From the NCBI GenBank assembly GCA_964535225.1, contig CAZHSJ010000001.1:1-41309 (forward strand): a stretch of 41,309 nucleotides of DNA, read 5' to 3'. The translations under genes and the position numbers were made by a program. Shown here piece after piece: positions 8,521 to 19,320 of this stretch. Under the pieces are notes generated by a model. That model was not told where the DNA came from. It did no database searches and saw only the letters and a list, made by a program, of their open reading frames with translations. The first letter of the stretch is position 1. Each line of letters opens with the position of its first letter. The DNA is from Uncultured Candidatus Berkiella sp. (GTDB taxonomy: Bacteria; Pseudomonadota; Gammaproteobacteria; Berkiellales; Berkiellaceae).

Positions 8521-9554
8521 TATGCCACCTTTACTTCTGGCGCTAGCACATTTTGTTCTTTAAGTACGGTTGTCATTAAGGGGTGTATTTTGTGCTGCAA
8601 ATAGTCGTGAAATGCAGAAAAATTTTCATATTTATGTGTTACTTCTAGCAGATATTGCATTATCCTTGGCATATGCTGTAAGTAATGTGATTTATTATCT
8701 CGTAATTTTAATCGAGAGAAGATCCCAAGCACCTTAAGATGTCTTTGTAATCCAACCCAATCGAACCATTGAATAAACTCCGTTAAAGAAACACCCACCA
8801 AGGTTTGATGCGCTTTGAGTCTTTCATAAAATATGCTTATCCAACGTTCTACGTCAGCCTGTGGCCAAGTGATGTAACAATCTTTTAAAAGAGAAACCAT
8901 GTCATATGTAATAGGGCCAACCATGGCATCTTGGAAATCGATGATCCCTAATGCATCATCTGGCAGCACCATTAAATTACGTGAATGAAAATCACGATGT
9001 ACCGTCACTTGGGGTTGCTGGCAAAAAACAGCTAATAATTGTTTGCATACTTGTTGCCAAACGGTACTTTCTTCTTCTGAAAAAGGGGCCCCTAATAACC
9101 TTGAAACAAACCATTCCTGAAAATGCGAAAGTTCTGTATAGGCATATTCTTTATTGTAGGGGGGAAGGTGACAACTAAGAGGATTGGTACTTTGCATTAA
9201 GATAATGGCTGACATGGCCCTTATATAAAAGGCGTCGACATTTTCCTTGGTTAACTTATCTAACAATAGCGTGTCGCCAAAATCGGATAAGAGCACAAAC
9301 CCTTTTTCTTTTTCCCAGGCAAAAATTTCAGGGACACACAAGCCATCGTTGTGCCATGCTTTGGCAATGCTCACAAACTCATGCGTGCACTCTTTGTGTG
9401 GCGGGGCGAGCATCGCGATGTAGGCGTTCATGCCCCACCTAACCCTGTAGTAAGTTCTAAAACTAGCATCCCCTGGCAAGGGTGTAAATTGATATTCGTG
9501 CGAACCAAAATGTTCCTTAAGCCATTGCTTGAGTTCCAATTCGCTGTTTTGCAT
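8520..9554 (-). CDS. amgK: N-acetylmuramate/N-acetylglucosamine kinase (APH phosphotransferase family)
   Basis: GDASFRTYYR, HRDFHSRNLM, IIDFQDA and QRHLKVLGIFSRL motifs; canonical position divergent from lptD. Start taken at ATG 9554 (the track gives 9602). Confidence 0.92.
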   Translation of the reverse strand: MQNSELELKQWLKEHFGSHEYQFTPLPGDASFRTYYRVRWGMNAYIAMLAPPHKECTHEFVSIAKAWHNDGLCVPEIFAWEKEKGFVLLSDFGDTLLLDKLTKENVDAFYIRAMSAIILMQSTNPLSCHLPPYNKEYAYTELSHFQEWFVSRLLGAPFSEEESTVWQQVCKQLLAVFCQQPQVTVHRDFHSRNLMVLPDDALGIIDFQDAMVGPITYDMVSLLKDCYITWPQADVERWISIFYERLKAHQTLVGVSLTEFIQWFDWVGLQRHLKVLGIFSRLKLRDNKSHYLQHMPRIMQYLLEVTHKYENFSAFHDYLQHKIHPLMTTVLKEQNVLAPEVKVA

Positions 9555-9634
9555 CACAATTCCCCGCCTGATGGTATACTCGGTAGGTATAAGCATTCTC
9601 ATTTTGACTATAAGACAGCCAAGCTTAAAATGGC

Positions 9635-12196
9635 TTGTCCCATTTAATAATAGACATAATAAAGTTGATAACCATAAAAAAGCTAGTTTTTTTACTTGCT
9701 ACGCTTGGAATACTTCCTTTGGCTGCGGCAAGTCGCCTACCCCCTGATCCGCAAAGCGATTGGGTAGATGAGCCTGCATCGCAAAGCCTGTGTCAAGGGC
9801 ATTATGCGCCATTTGTACAAAATCCATCAATGCTCAGTAAAGAAGATTGGCAGCTCCCCATTGTCCTTTCTGCCAATGAAACTGAATTTACCTTAAAGGG
9901 GCAATCTCATTTGCGCGGCAATGTTACCTTTATGCAGGGAGAGCGTTATCTGCATACGGACGATATTATTGTTGTACGCGATGAAGCAACCCAAGAATGG
10001 AATCAAATTATTGCCAAAGGAAATATTCAGTTTGCCGCCCCAGGCATGATGGTGTGGGGAAATCATGCAAAGTATATTCATTCACCGCAACACTTTTATT
10101 TTGACGACGCATTTTACCGCTGGTATCCACGCCACGCACGAGGGTATGCCAAAAGTATCGAAGTGGATGACAATGGTAACTTGCATCTTATCGATGCGAA
10201 TTACACTACCTGCGCCCCCAATAAGAACACCTGGCTGCTTTATGCCAAAAATCTTTCTCTTTACCCAAAAGACGGTCGCGCCACAGCCAAACATATTCGA
10301 TTAGATATGAAAGACGTTCCTCTTTTTTATTTTCCCTATTTTAATTATCCCATTGATAACAAGCGACACACGGGTTTTCTTTTTCCAAGTTATGGCTCTA
10401 CCAGCAATTCTGGTTATGAACTCAGTGTTCCTTACTATTGGAATATAGCCCCTAATTATGATTTTACCTTTGCGGCTAAGTTATTATCCGAGCGTGGCCT
10501 TGAAGGCCAATCTAAGTTCCGTTATTTGTGGCCGCATTCTGAAGGTACAATCCAATGGCATTTTTTACCTGATGATGGCAAATATGGCCTTTTTCAAAGA
10601 CAAAACCGTTTATCTCCGCCTACAGGGCTAGGCTACCAAGATCCCCGTATTATTGCGCTTGAAGGTAATAACAATCGCGCGGCTTTTAACTTAAGACATG
10701 TTTCACAATGGGATAGGCGCTGGCAATTTAATGCCATTTTTGATCATGTCAGCGATGATAATTATTTTGTTGATTTGGGTAATGATATTAACACCGCTAG
10801 TATCATTCATTTACCCCAACAAGCAAGTCTTACTTATTATGGTGATTATTGGTCCCATTTATTTAATGTAGAAGAATATCAAGTACTTCAACCGCTCTCA
10901 AAACCCATTAATGAAGAAATTTATAAACGCCAACCACAGTGGGTATTTCAAGGGGAATATCCACAAGTATATGGGTTTACCTTAAGCGTTAATGGTGAAG
11001 CTGTTAATTTTAACCACCGGCCTGAATTATTAACCCAATTACCTGTTACGATTGGTCAACGGTATCATTTGCGCCCTAGCATCCGCTTGCCGTGGGAAGA
11101 ACAATGGTTTTATATCACGCCTCGCATGCAGCTGGATTGGCTGCAATATTCTTTAAGATTATCCCAATTTGCGCTAGATGAAAATTTACCTTCTAAACCC
11201 AATCGTACTATCCCGATGTATGATATTGATTCAGGCTTGTTCTTTGAGCGCAATATTGATTGGCGATTTTTCTCTGGCATACAAACGTTAGAACCGCGCA
11301 TTTACTACTTATATGTACCTTATCGCGATCAACACTTTTACCCTGACTTTGATAGCGGTGTCATGAACTTTAGCTATGCCCAACTCTTTCGGGACAACCG
11401 ATTCAGTGGTCGCGATCGCGTCGGAGATGCTAACCAAATTAGCGTAAGCTTTATGTCGCGCTTTTTACCCCGGCATGGTGGCGGAGAAATTTTACGCGCC
11501 AGCATCGGGCAAATTTTTTATTTTCGTGACAGAAGAGTGTCATTGTGTGAAACCTTAACACAAGAAAATGCCTGCTTTTTATTTGAAGACGTTAATGCAA
11601 CTTCTAAACATTCTAAGTTAATTGCGCAAGCAGAAGTACATGCGACACAAACCTTAACTGGTGGCCTGTTTTGGGAATGGGATAGCGTGCAGCAAGTCGC
11701 AGAGCAGGCGGCGTTCTCGTTGCAATATAGGCCTTCCTCACACAAAGTGTTTAATATCAATTATTATTGGTTAGCCCATGACTTGGCTCAAACTGACTTT
11801 AACACGGGTGAAATCGGTAGCTTAAATCAAGGCGATGCCTCTGTGTTATGGCCCTTAAGTACGCATTGGGATCTTTTGTCACTGTGGCGCTATGATTTTG
11901 AGAAAAAGCAAACGGTAGAAATTATCGGCGGCTTAGAATATAACGGTTGCTGCGTTGCTGTGCAATTTGTAGGGTCTCGCTACCGCGTTTCTAATAATTT
12001 CTTTTATCCAGATGCCTATGCGAATGGCTTTTTTGCCCAATTGGTATTTAAAGGGTTAAGCGCAATTGGTATGAATAACCCCGATGGCCGATTAAAACAA
12101 AAAATCCCGGGTTATACCCCCCTTGCCTCACGCCAACAATGGCTGACAAATCCGGATAAAAATTATTTCCCGCCAAGCGAGATCCCGCTGTATTAG
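9635..12196 (+). CDS. lptD: LPS assembly outer-membrane protein LptD
   Basis: YTTC, PYYWNIAPNYD, QTLEPR.YYLYVPY.DQ, LFRDNRFSG.DR.GDANQ and EYNGCC motifs; precedes surA. The true start may be the TTG at 9665. Confidence 0.97.
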   Translation: MSHLIIDIIKLITIKKLVFLLATLGILPLAAASRLPPDPQSDWVDEPASQSLCQGHYAPFVQNPSMLSKEDWQLPIVLSANETEFTLKGQSHLRGNVTFMQGERYLHTDDIIVVRDEATQEWNQIIAKGNIQFAAPGMMVWGNHAKYIHSPQHFYFDDAFYRWYPRHARGYAKSIEVDDNGNLHLIDANYTTCAPNKNTWLLYAKNLSLYPKDGRATAKHIRLDMKDVPLFYFPYFNYPIDNKRHTGFLFPSYGSTSNSGYELSVPYYWNIAPNYDFTFAAKLLSERGLEGQSKFRYLWPHSEGTIQWHFLPDDGKYGLFQRQNRLSPPTGLGYQDPRIIALEGNNNRAAFNLRHVSQWDRRWQFNAIFDHVSDDNYFVDLGNDINTASIIHLPQQASLTYYGDYWSHLFNVEEYQVLQPLSKPINEEIYKRQPQWVFQGEYPQVYGFTLSVNGEAVNFNHRPELLTQLPVTIGQRYHLRPSIRLPWEEQWFYITPRMQLDWLQYSLRLSQFALDENLPSKPNRTIPMYDIDSGLFFERNIDWRFFSGIQTLEPRIYYLYVPYRDQHFYPDFDSGVMNFSYAQLFRDNRFSGRDRVGDANQISVSFMSRFLPRHGGGEILRASIGQIFYFRDRRVSLCETLTQENACFLFEDVNATSKHSKLIAQAEVHATQTLTGGLFWEWDSVQQVAEQAAFSLQYRPSSHKVFNINYYWLAHDLAQTDFNTGEIGSLNQGDASVLWPLSTHWDLLSLWRYDFEKKQTVEIIGGLEYNGCCVAVQFVGSRYRVSNNFFYPDAYANGFFAQLVFKGLSAIGMNNPDGRLKQKIPGYTPLASRQQWLTNPDKNYFPPSEIPLY

Positions 12197-12263
12197 TGGT
12201 ATAATTTGTTCAATTAAACCATAAAAAGAATGTTAAATAACTTTATACTCAGATAGGCCCCTT

Positions 12264-13553
12264 ATGCAAAAGCTCAAAACCCTCACTTGTTGCCTGTTAC
12301 TTGGACTAAGCCCGGCTTTATTGGCTAAAGCACAACCCATCGATGGTATTGCAGCCCTTGTGAATGACGCCATCATCACTAAAAGCGAGCTTGCTGATCA
12401 AGTTAAATTAGTCAAAATGCAACTACAAGAAAGTGGTGCCAAATTACCTGATGACAAAGCCATACAAAAACAAGTCTTAGAGCACCTCATTACCACGCAA
12501 GCACAAATTCAAATGGCAAAAAGAACTGGCATTCAAGTTGACGACAATATGCTGGACAATGCGATTGAAAAAATTGCCAGAGAGAATAATGTCACGGTTA
12601 CCCACATGCGGGAAATGCTGAGCGCCCAAGGTATGGATTTTAATACTTACCGTAATAATATTCGTCAACAAATTATGATTTCCCAACTTCAACAGCGCGA
12701 TATTTTTCCTGAAATACAAGTAAGCGAACAAGAAGTGAATCAATTTTTACAATCCCCCAATGGATTAGGGGGAATGTCTACGGAATATCATCTTGGACAT
12801 ATATTAGTTCCTTTATCTGATTCTCCCAGCCCTGAAGAATTGGATAAAGCCTCCGCAACGGCTCAAGCTATTATTGATAAATTGCGCCATGGGGCCGATT
12901 TTACCCAAGTAGCCATGACTGATGCGATTGGTGAACACGCCTTGAATGGTGGTGATTTAGGCTGGCGTAAATTACCCGAATTACCAACACTCTTTGAAAA
13001 AGTGGTTTTGGCGATGAAAGTGAATGATATTCCTGATGCCATTCGAAGCAGCAGTGGTTTTCATATCATTAAGTTGCTCGATAAACGCTCAACTTCTGCC
13101 GCTGTGCCGGTGGCCAAAACCAATGTCAGGCATATTTTAATTAAAACCAATTCAGGCATGTCTGATAGTGACGCCAAGGCTAAATTAACTGAATTAAGAA
13201 ACAAAATTGAAAAAGGTGAGGATTTTGCTCAATTAGCTAAAACACACTCTTCTGATTTAGCCTCTGCAAATAAAGGCGGCTCCTTGGGGTGGGTTTCTAC
13301 TGATGTTTTAGTGCCTGAATTTAGCGCCGTTATGGAAAAGCTCCCCGTAAGTGAAATCAGTGAACCTTTTAAAACTTCTTTTGGTTGGCACATTATGCAA
13401 GTGATCGATCGTAAAACCCTTTCCAACGATGAAGTTGCTTTAAGACAAAAAGCTAAAGACATGATTTCACAGCGCAAGTTTGAAGAAAAGCTTCAAACCT
13501 GGGCCCGACAATTACGTGATGAGGCCTATGTTAAAGTAATGGATGAAACTTAA
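12264..13553 (+). CDS. surA: Periplasmic chaperone/PPIase SurA
   Basis: Signal peptide, IAALVNDAII and two parvulin domains (HILV...GGDLGW; RHILIK...GGSLGW...FGWHI). Confidence 0.97.
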   Translation: MQKLKTLTCCLLLGLSPALLAKAQPIDGIAALVNDAIITKSELADQVKLVKMQLQESGAKLPDDKAIQKQVLEHLITTQAQIQMAKRTGIQVDDNMLDNAIEKIARENNVTVTHMREMLSAQGMDFNTYRNNIRQQIMISQLQQRDIFPEIQVSEQEVNQFLQSPNGLGGMSTEYHLGHILVPLSDSPSPEELDKASATAQAIIDKLRHGADFTQVAMTDAIGEHALNGGDLGWRKLPELPTLFEKVVLAMKVNDIPDAIRSSSGFHIIKLLDKRSTSAAVPVAKTNVRHILIKTNSGMSDSDAKAKLTELRNKIEKGEDFAQLAKTHSSDLASANKGGSLGWVSTDVLVPEFSAVMEKLPVSEISEPFKTSFGWHIMQVIDRKTLSNDEVALRQKAKDMISQRKFEEKLQTWARQLRDEAYVKVMDET

Positions 13554-14557
13554 TGACTTCTCGAATTGCCTTAACCCTAGGCGAGCCTGCCGGCATAGGG
13601 CCTGATATTTGCCTTAAGCTTGCAGCACAGCCCCTTGACTGCGAAGTGGTTGTGATTGGATCTGCAGCACTATTACAAGAACGCGCTCGTTTGTTATCTA
13701 TTAACATCGAGCTCTATGAATTTGATCCTTTGCAAGCGGTAAAACCTAATGGGGATCATCGTTTAGCGGTGGTGGATGTCCCACTTGCGGCACCTTGTGT
13801 ACCAGGTGAACTCAATATTGCTAATAGTAAATATGTGTTAAATACCTTAAACAAAGCACACGAGCTTTGTGTTACCCAAAAAGTTAACGCGATGGTAACC
13901 GCCCCCATCCACAAAGGCATTATTCAATCTAGTGGTATTATTTTTAGCGGACACACAGAATACCTTGCTGATCTGGCTGGGGTAAGTGATGTACTGATGA
14001 CTTTTTATACCCCCGAATTAATTGTGGGGATGGCAACAACCCATTGCCCCCTTGATAGGGTAAGCACCGTATTAACCAAAACGCGCTTAGAAAACGCAAT
14101 AAAGATTTTACATCAGGGCCTTGTTAACACTTTTCATATTCATCATCCTAAAATTACCGTCCTAGGATTAAATCCGCACGCTGGAGAAGGTGGACAAATC
14201 GGTACGCAAGAACAAACCATGATGATCCCTTTAATTAAATCCCTTCAAGCACAGGGATTGAACCTACATGGCCCCGTTGCCGGCGACACCGCCTTCACGC
14301 AAGAAAATAGAAAAAAATCCGATGCGCTTTTAGCGATTTATCATGATCAAGGCATTGCGCCCATTAAAGCGCTTTATTTTGGTCATATTGTCAACATGAC
14401 ATTAGGTTTACCCTATTTGCGCACCTCGGTTGATCATGGTACAGCGCTTGAACTGGCAGGAAGTGGTAAAGCCTTAGAAAATAGTTTGGTTAATGCGCTT
14501 AAAGTAGCTGTTCACTGCAACACCTATCAACCTCGCACGCAAGTTGAGCCTGCATGA
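13553..14557 (+). CDS. pdxA: 4-hydroxythreonine-4-phosphate dehydrogenase
   Basis: GEPAGIGPD, TAPIHK, FSGHTE, GLNPHAGE, YHDQG and RTSVDHGTA motifs. Confidence 0.98.
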   Translation: MTSRIALTLGEPAGIGPDICLKLAAQPLDCEVVVIGSAALLQERARLLSINIELYEFDPLQAVKPNGDHRLAVVDVPLAAPCVPGELNIANSKYVLNTLNKAHELCVTQKVNAMVTAPIHKGIIQSSGIIFSGHTEYLADLAGVSDVLMTFYTPELIVGMATTHCPLDRVSTVLTKTRLENAIKILHQGLVNTFHIHHPKITVLGLNPHAGEGGQIGTQEQTMMIPLIKSLQAQGLNLHGPVAGDTAFTQENRKKSDALLAIYHDQGIAPIKALYFGHIVNMTLGLPYLRTSVDHGTALELAGSGKALENSLVNALKVAVHCNTYQPRTQVEPA

Positions 14558-15381
14558 GGGACAAACATGTGCCCAAAAAGCGGTTTGGGCAAAACTTCTT
14601 AATTGATCACAATGTGATTGCAAAAATAGTGTCTGCTTTGCATCCCACACCTTCCGAATTAATAGTTGAAATAGGTGCAGGCCTTGGCGCACTGACCCAG
14701 GAAATTCTTCATCTTATTCCTCACTTGCACGTTATTGAAATTGATCGGGATTTGGGTGCCAAGTTGACGCGCACCTTTTCTCCTTCGCAATTAACCGTGC
14801 ACCAACAAGACGCTTTGGAATTTGATTTTAATACGCTCGCACAAACCCAATCCCTACGTGTGTTTGGGAATTTACCTTATAATATTTCCACCCCGCTTTT
14901 GTTTCATTTACTTACCTTTGCTCACCATATAACGGACATGCTCTTTATGCTGCAAAAAGAGGTGGTGATGCGCATGGCTGCCTTGCCCAATAGCAAAGAC
15001 TATGGCCGTTTAAGTGTAATGATTCAATATTACTGTGAGGTTCAAACCTTATTTGATGTACATCCGAAGTCTTTCTCTCCTCCCCCTAAAGTCATGTCGA
15101 GTATTGTTAAACTAACCCCCTATACAGCTAACCGTCCTTTTGCTTTTGCACACAATGAAAAGATGTTTGCAACTATCGTCAGGGCTGCCTTTTCGCAAAG
15201 AAGAAAAACCTTAAGAAATGCACTAAATGGTTATGTCAACGAAGCACAGTTCGAACAACTTGGTATTTCCATGATGCGCCGAGCGGAAACATTGAGCGTG
15301 TCAGAATTTATAGCGCTAAGTAATGCCTGTGCTACGGAATTTGCAAAAAGCCCCGATGCCCCGTATTCTGGGGAAATGTGA
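14554..15381 (+). CDS. rsmA: 16S rRNA m6(2)A dimethyltransferase
   Basis: KRFGQNFL, EIGAGLG, GNLPYNISTP, MLQKEV and F.QRRKTLRN motifs. Confidence 0.98.
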   Translation: MRDKHVPKKRFGQNFLIDHNVIAKIVSALHPTPSELIVEIGAGLGALTQEILHLIPHLHVIEIDRDLGAKLTRTFSPSQLTVHQQDALEFDFNTLAQTQSLRVFGNLPYNISTPLLFHLLTFAHHITDMLFMLQKEVVMRMAALPNSKDYGRLSVMIQYYCEVQTLFDVHPKSFSPPPKVMSSIVKLTPYTANRPFAFAHNEKMFATIVRAAFSQRRKTLRNALNGYVNEAQFEQLGISMMRRAETLSVSEFIALSNACATEFAKSPDAPYSGEM

Positions 15382-15776
15382 AAAAAAGAGGGCAAGCTAT
15401 GCCGATTGATAATCACATCAAGGTAAGCGCACAAACCCAATATTTACGTGAACATTCTGATCCTAGCCAACAGCGTTATGCTTTTAGTTATACCATCACG
15501 ATTAGTAATCACGGCACCAAAGCAGCCAGATTACTCACTAGACATTGGATCATCACGGATGGTGACGGCCATACCCAAGAAGTTCATGGTGAAGGCGTTG
15601 TGGGTGAGCAACCTTTAATTATGCCCGGCCAAAACTATCGTTATACCAGTGGCGCCATTCTCACCACCCCGGTTGGCACGATGCATGGCACCTATACCAT
15701 GGTAAACAATCAAGGTAATTATTTTGATGCAATTATCTCCCCGTTTGCCCTTGCCCTGCCGGAGTTAGTCAATTAA
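15378..15776 (+). CDS. apaG: ApaG protein
   Basis: YAFSYTITI, LLTRHWIITD, GEGVVGEQP and YTSG motifs; the start may be the ATG at 15399. Confidence 0.96.
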   Translation: MKKRGQAMPIDNHIKVSAQTQYLREHSDPSQQRYAFSYTITISNHGTKAARLLTRHWIITDGDGHTQEVHGEGVVGEQPLIMPGQNYRYTSGAILTTPVGTMHGTYTMVNNQGNYFDAIISPFALALPELVN

Positions 15777-15778
15777 TA

Positions 15779-16624
15779 ATGCCTACTTACGCTATTGGTG
15801 ATGTACAAGGCTGTTTACCGCCCCTTCTGCAACTGCTTGATAAGATCAATTACGAACCCACTCGCGATCACTTATGGTTTACCGGCGATTTAGTGAATCG
15901 TGGCTACCATTCTTTAGCAACGCTGCGGTTTATTAAATCCTTACCTCATACGGTTATCGTGCTTGGCAATCATGATCTCGCTTTACTGGCAATTAATCAT
16001 GGCAGTGTGAATAAACATCCAAAAGATACCTTTGATGAAATCTTAACTGCCCCAGATAAGGATGAATTACTTAACTGGCTCAAGCAACAAGTATTTTTAC
16101 ATCACGATCCGATGTTAGGTTACGCTCTTAGCCATGCCGGCATTTATCCCTTATGGGACTTTGCCTTAGCACAAGACTTGGCTAAAGAACTGCAAGACTG
16201 CCTGCAAGGATCTCTGTGTGATGAATATTTGTCCCATTTATTTGGGAATGAACCTTCAATCTGGGACGATGATCTCAAGGGCTGGGAAAGAAAGCGCTTT
16301 ATTACCAATGCCTTTACCCGAATGCGCTTTTGTAAGCAAAGTGGCGAGCTTGATCTGAAAGCTAAGGGAAATCCGGTGCTTCACCCTGAATTAATTCCTT
16401 GGTATGCCTTCCCTACGCGCAAAGCCTGCAAGGATCGTCTTATATTTGGTCACTGGGCAGCGCTCAATGCACAAAACGTTTCAGAGGATATTATTCCTCT
16501 AGATTCAGGATGTGTTTGGGGCAACTGCTTAACCGCTTTTTGTTTAGAAACTAAACAAAAAGTAACCGTGGATTGCAAGGATTACATCGATCAGCCCCTT
16601 TTACTTGGAGGCGATCCACGGTAA
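15779..16624 (+). CDS. apaH: Symmetrical bis(5'-nucleosyl)-tetraphosphatase
   Basis: YAIGDVQGC, GDLVNRG, LGNHD, HAG, FGHWAAL and LDSGCVWG motifs. Confidence 0.97.
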   Translation: MPTYAIGDVQGCLPPLLQLLDKINYEPTRDHLWFTGDLVNRGYHSLATLRFIKSLPHTVIVLGNHDLALLAINHGSVNKHPKDTFDEILTAPDKDELLNWLKQQVFLHHDPMLGYALSHAGIYPLWDFALAQDLAKELQDCLQGSLCDEYLSHLFGNEPSIWDDDLKGWERKRFITNAFTRMRFCKQSGELDLKAKGNPVLHPELIPWYAFPTRKACKDRLIFGHWAALNAQNVSEDIIPLDSGCVWGNCLTAFCLETKQKVTVDCKDYIDQPLLLGGDPR

Positions 16625-16774
16625 AGTACGCGCAGCGCAAAAAAAGCAATGAATTAGACTAACCACAACGCTAGGATGGAAAGGGATGAAGTGGCCACTG
16701 CGCCTCTTTATACGTTCAGGAACTAACTGATTGTTCTTGATCTCCAACCTCAAAGAAACAATGGAGAAAACGGC

Positions 16775-17650
16775 ATGTTTCGATTGCCGAAAGTAGCAGG
16801 TTTGCTCGCAACTATCCTCGGGCTTTTTGCCACCAATGCCTTTGCTGATTATGCCTTAAATATGACGAAAGGCGTTTCAACAACCAGCAGTAACATTCAC
16901 CAGTTGCATATGATCATCCTTTGGGTCTGTGTTGCTATTGGCGTCCTTGTTTATGGTTTGATGATTTATGCCATTATTCGCCACCGAAAAGCGGCAGGCT
17001 ATCAAGCCGCTGCCTTTCATGAAAGCACCACCGTGGAAATTATTTGGACCATTATTCCTTTTATTATCCTCATTGTGATGGCAGTTCCTGCAACTAAAAC
17101 GTTAATTGAAATGCATGACACAAGAGAAGCCGATGTAACCATTAAAATAACGGGCTATCGATGGTATTGGCACTATGATTACGTCGATGAAAATATCAAC
17201 TTCTTTAGTTACTTATCGACAAATGAAGATGAAGTAAACAACCTCGCCCCTAAAAATGAACACTATTTATTAGAAGTAGACAGGCCTGTTGTGATCCCCG
17301 TTGGTAAAAAAGTCCGTTTTCTTGTTACTGCGAAGGATGTTATTCATTCATGGTGGGTACCCGCCTTAGGCGTGAAAAAAGATGGTATTCCCGGTTTTAT
17401 CAACGAAACATGGACTTTTGTAGATGCAGACAAACCCGGTGTTTATCGCGGCCAGTGCGCAGAATTATGTGGTGTTAAGCATGGTTATATGCCGATCGTT
17501 GTTGAAGCTAAAACTGAAACGGAATATAACGCGTGGGTTGCTGAGCAACAAAAAGCAACCAAAGCGGCTCAAGTAACCGATGAAACAACAGAAGACTTTG
17601 CCTTAATGCCACCTTGTGATGAATCCAAAGATAAAACGGTGACTTCATAA
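16775..17650 (+). CDS. coxB: Cytochrome c oxidase (aa3) subunit II
   Basis: Two TM helices, W.W.Y.Y, DVIHSWWVP and the CuA motif CAELCGVKHGYM; no C-terminal CXXCH domain. Confidence 0.97.
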   Translation: MFRLPKVAGLLATILGLFATNAFADYALNMTKGVSTTSSNIHQLHMIILWVCVAIGVLVYGLMIYAIIRHRKAAGYQAAAFHESTTVEIIWTIIPFIILIVMAVPATKTLIEMHDTREADVTIKITGYRWYWHYDYVDENINFFSYLSTNEDEVNNLAPKNEHYLLEVDRPVVIPVGKKVRFLVTAKDVIHSWWVPALGVKKDGIPGFINETWTFVDADKPGVYRGQCAELCGVKHGYMPIVVEAKTETEYNAWVAEQQKATKAAQVTDETTEDFALMPPCDESKDKTVTS

Positions 17651-17697
17651 ACCCTATTTTGAAAAAATAGCGTGACTCTTCCAAGAAAGGAAAAACA

Positions 17698-19299
17698 ATG
17701 GGCGCAACTAATATTTCACATTCTGCAACAGATACGCATGATGATCACCATGATCATGGCCCTGCCAAAGGCCTGATGCGTTGGGTGTTAACCACAAACC
17801 ATAAAGACATCGGCACCATGTATCTGTGGTTTAGCTTTACGATGTTTTTACTCGGCGGTGTGATGGCATTGCTCATCCGAGCCGAACTATTTAAACCCGG
17901 AGAGCAACTGGTTAACCCAGAATTTTTTAATCAATTAACCACCATGCATGGGCTTATCATGGTATTTGGTGCTGTGATGCCCGCATTTGTAGGCTTGGCG
18001 AATTGGTTGATTCCCATGATGGTGGGCGCACCTGATATGGCGCTCCCCCGTATGAATAACTGGAGCTTTTGGATTTTACCCGTTGCATTTGCCATGCTCT
18101 CTAGCACCCTATTTATGGAAGGCTCGGCCCCCAACTTTGGTTGGACTTTCTACGCACCTTTGTCAACCACGTTTGGCCCCCCCTCAACCGACTTTTTCAT
18201 CTTTGCTGTCCATATGATGGGAATATCATCGATCATGGGTGCTATTAATGTGATTGCAACCATTCTCAACATGCGCGCCCCAGGTATGACCTTAATGAAA
18301 ATGCCGATTTTCTGCTGGTCTTGGTTAATTACCGCTTTCTTGCTTATTGCGGTAATGCCTGTATTAGCAGGGTGCGTGACCATGATGTTAACCGATAGAC
18401 ATTTTGGCACCAGTTTCTTTAATGCCGCAGGTGGTGGCGATCCGGTGATGTTCCAACACGTATTTTGGTTCTTTGGTCACCCTGAAGTTTACATTATGAT
18501 TTTGCCTGCTTTTGGCGTAATTTCTCAGATTTTGCCTACCTTCACTCGTAAAACCCTCTTTGGTTATGCGTCGATGGTATACGCGATAGCCTCGATTGCG
18601 TTTTTATCTTTTATCGTCTGGGCGCATCACATGTTTACAACCGGCATGCCGCTTGCAGGCGAACTCTTCTTCATGTATGCCACCATGCTTATCGCTGTGC
18701 CTACTGGCGTTAAAGTGTTTAATTGGACTGCAACCATGTTTAAAGGTTCCATGACATTTGAAACCCCCATGTTGTTCACCTTGGCGTTTATCTTTTTGTT
18801 TACCTGCGGTGGATTTTCTGGGTTAATGCTTGCCATTGCACCTGCGGACTTCCAATATCAAGATACTTACTTCGTGGTGGCACACTTCCATTATGTCTTA
18901 GTACCAGGCGCTATTTTCTCTATTATTGCCGCTACCTATTATTGGTTGCCAAAATGGACTGGCCACATGTACTCAGAAGTGCTTGGTAAAACCCATTTTT
19001 GGTTATCCTTTATCTCTATTAACCTTACTTTCTTCCCCATGCACTTTTTAGGTTTAGCCGGGATGCCAAGACGTATTCCTGACTATGCGCTACAATTTGC
19101 TGACTTTAATCAAATTGCCAGCATTGGTGCCTTTATGTTTGGTGCCAGCCAAGTGTTCTTTTTATATATTGTTATTAAAACAATTAAAGGTGGCCCCAAA
19201 GCATCTGCGCAAGTTTGGGAAGGCGCGCAAGGCTTGGAGTGGACATTACCCTCTCCGCCTCCTTATCACAGCTTTACGACCCCTCCTATTGTAAAATAA
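17698..19299 (+). CDS. coxA: Cytochrome c oxidase subunit I (A1 type)
   Basis: NHKDIG, WFFGHPEVY, WAHH and VAHFHY motifs. Confidence 0.99.
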   Translation: MGATNISHSATDTHDDHHDHGPAKGLMRWVLTTNHKDIGTMYLWFSFTMFLLGGVMALLIRAELFKPGEQLVNPEFFNQLTTMHGLIMVFGAVMPAFVGLANWLIPMMVGAPDMALPRMNNWSFWILPVAFAMLSSTLFMEGSAPNFGWTFYAPLSTTFGPPSTDFFIFAVHMMGISSIMGAINVIATILNMRAPGMTLMKMPIFCWSWLITAFLLIAVMPVLAGCVTMMLTDRHFGTSFFNAAGGGDPVMFQHVFWFFGHPEVYIMILPAFGVISQILPTFTRKTLFGYASMVYAIASIAFLSFIVWAHHMFTTGMPLAGELFFMYATMLIAVPTGVKVFNWTATMFKGSMTFETPMLFTLAFIFLFTCGGFSGLMLAIAPADFQYQDTYFVVAHFHYVLVPGAIFSIIAATYYWLPKWTGHMYSEVLGKTHFWLSFISINLTFFPMHFLGLAGMPRRIPDYALQFADFNQIASIGAFMFGASQVFFLYIVIKTIKGGPKASAQVWEGAQGLEWTLPSPPPYHSFTTPPIVK

Positions 19300-19320
19300 T
19301 GTAGGCACCTTTAACCAAAC

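Noticed and set aside
17560-17650. Missing cytochrome c domain on CoxB as a sign of truncation
   Set aside because: Many aa3 subunit II proteins lack it; the CuA site is intact and coxA follows closely with its own SD.
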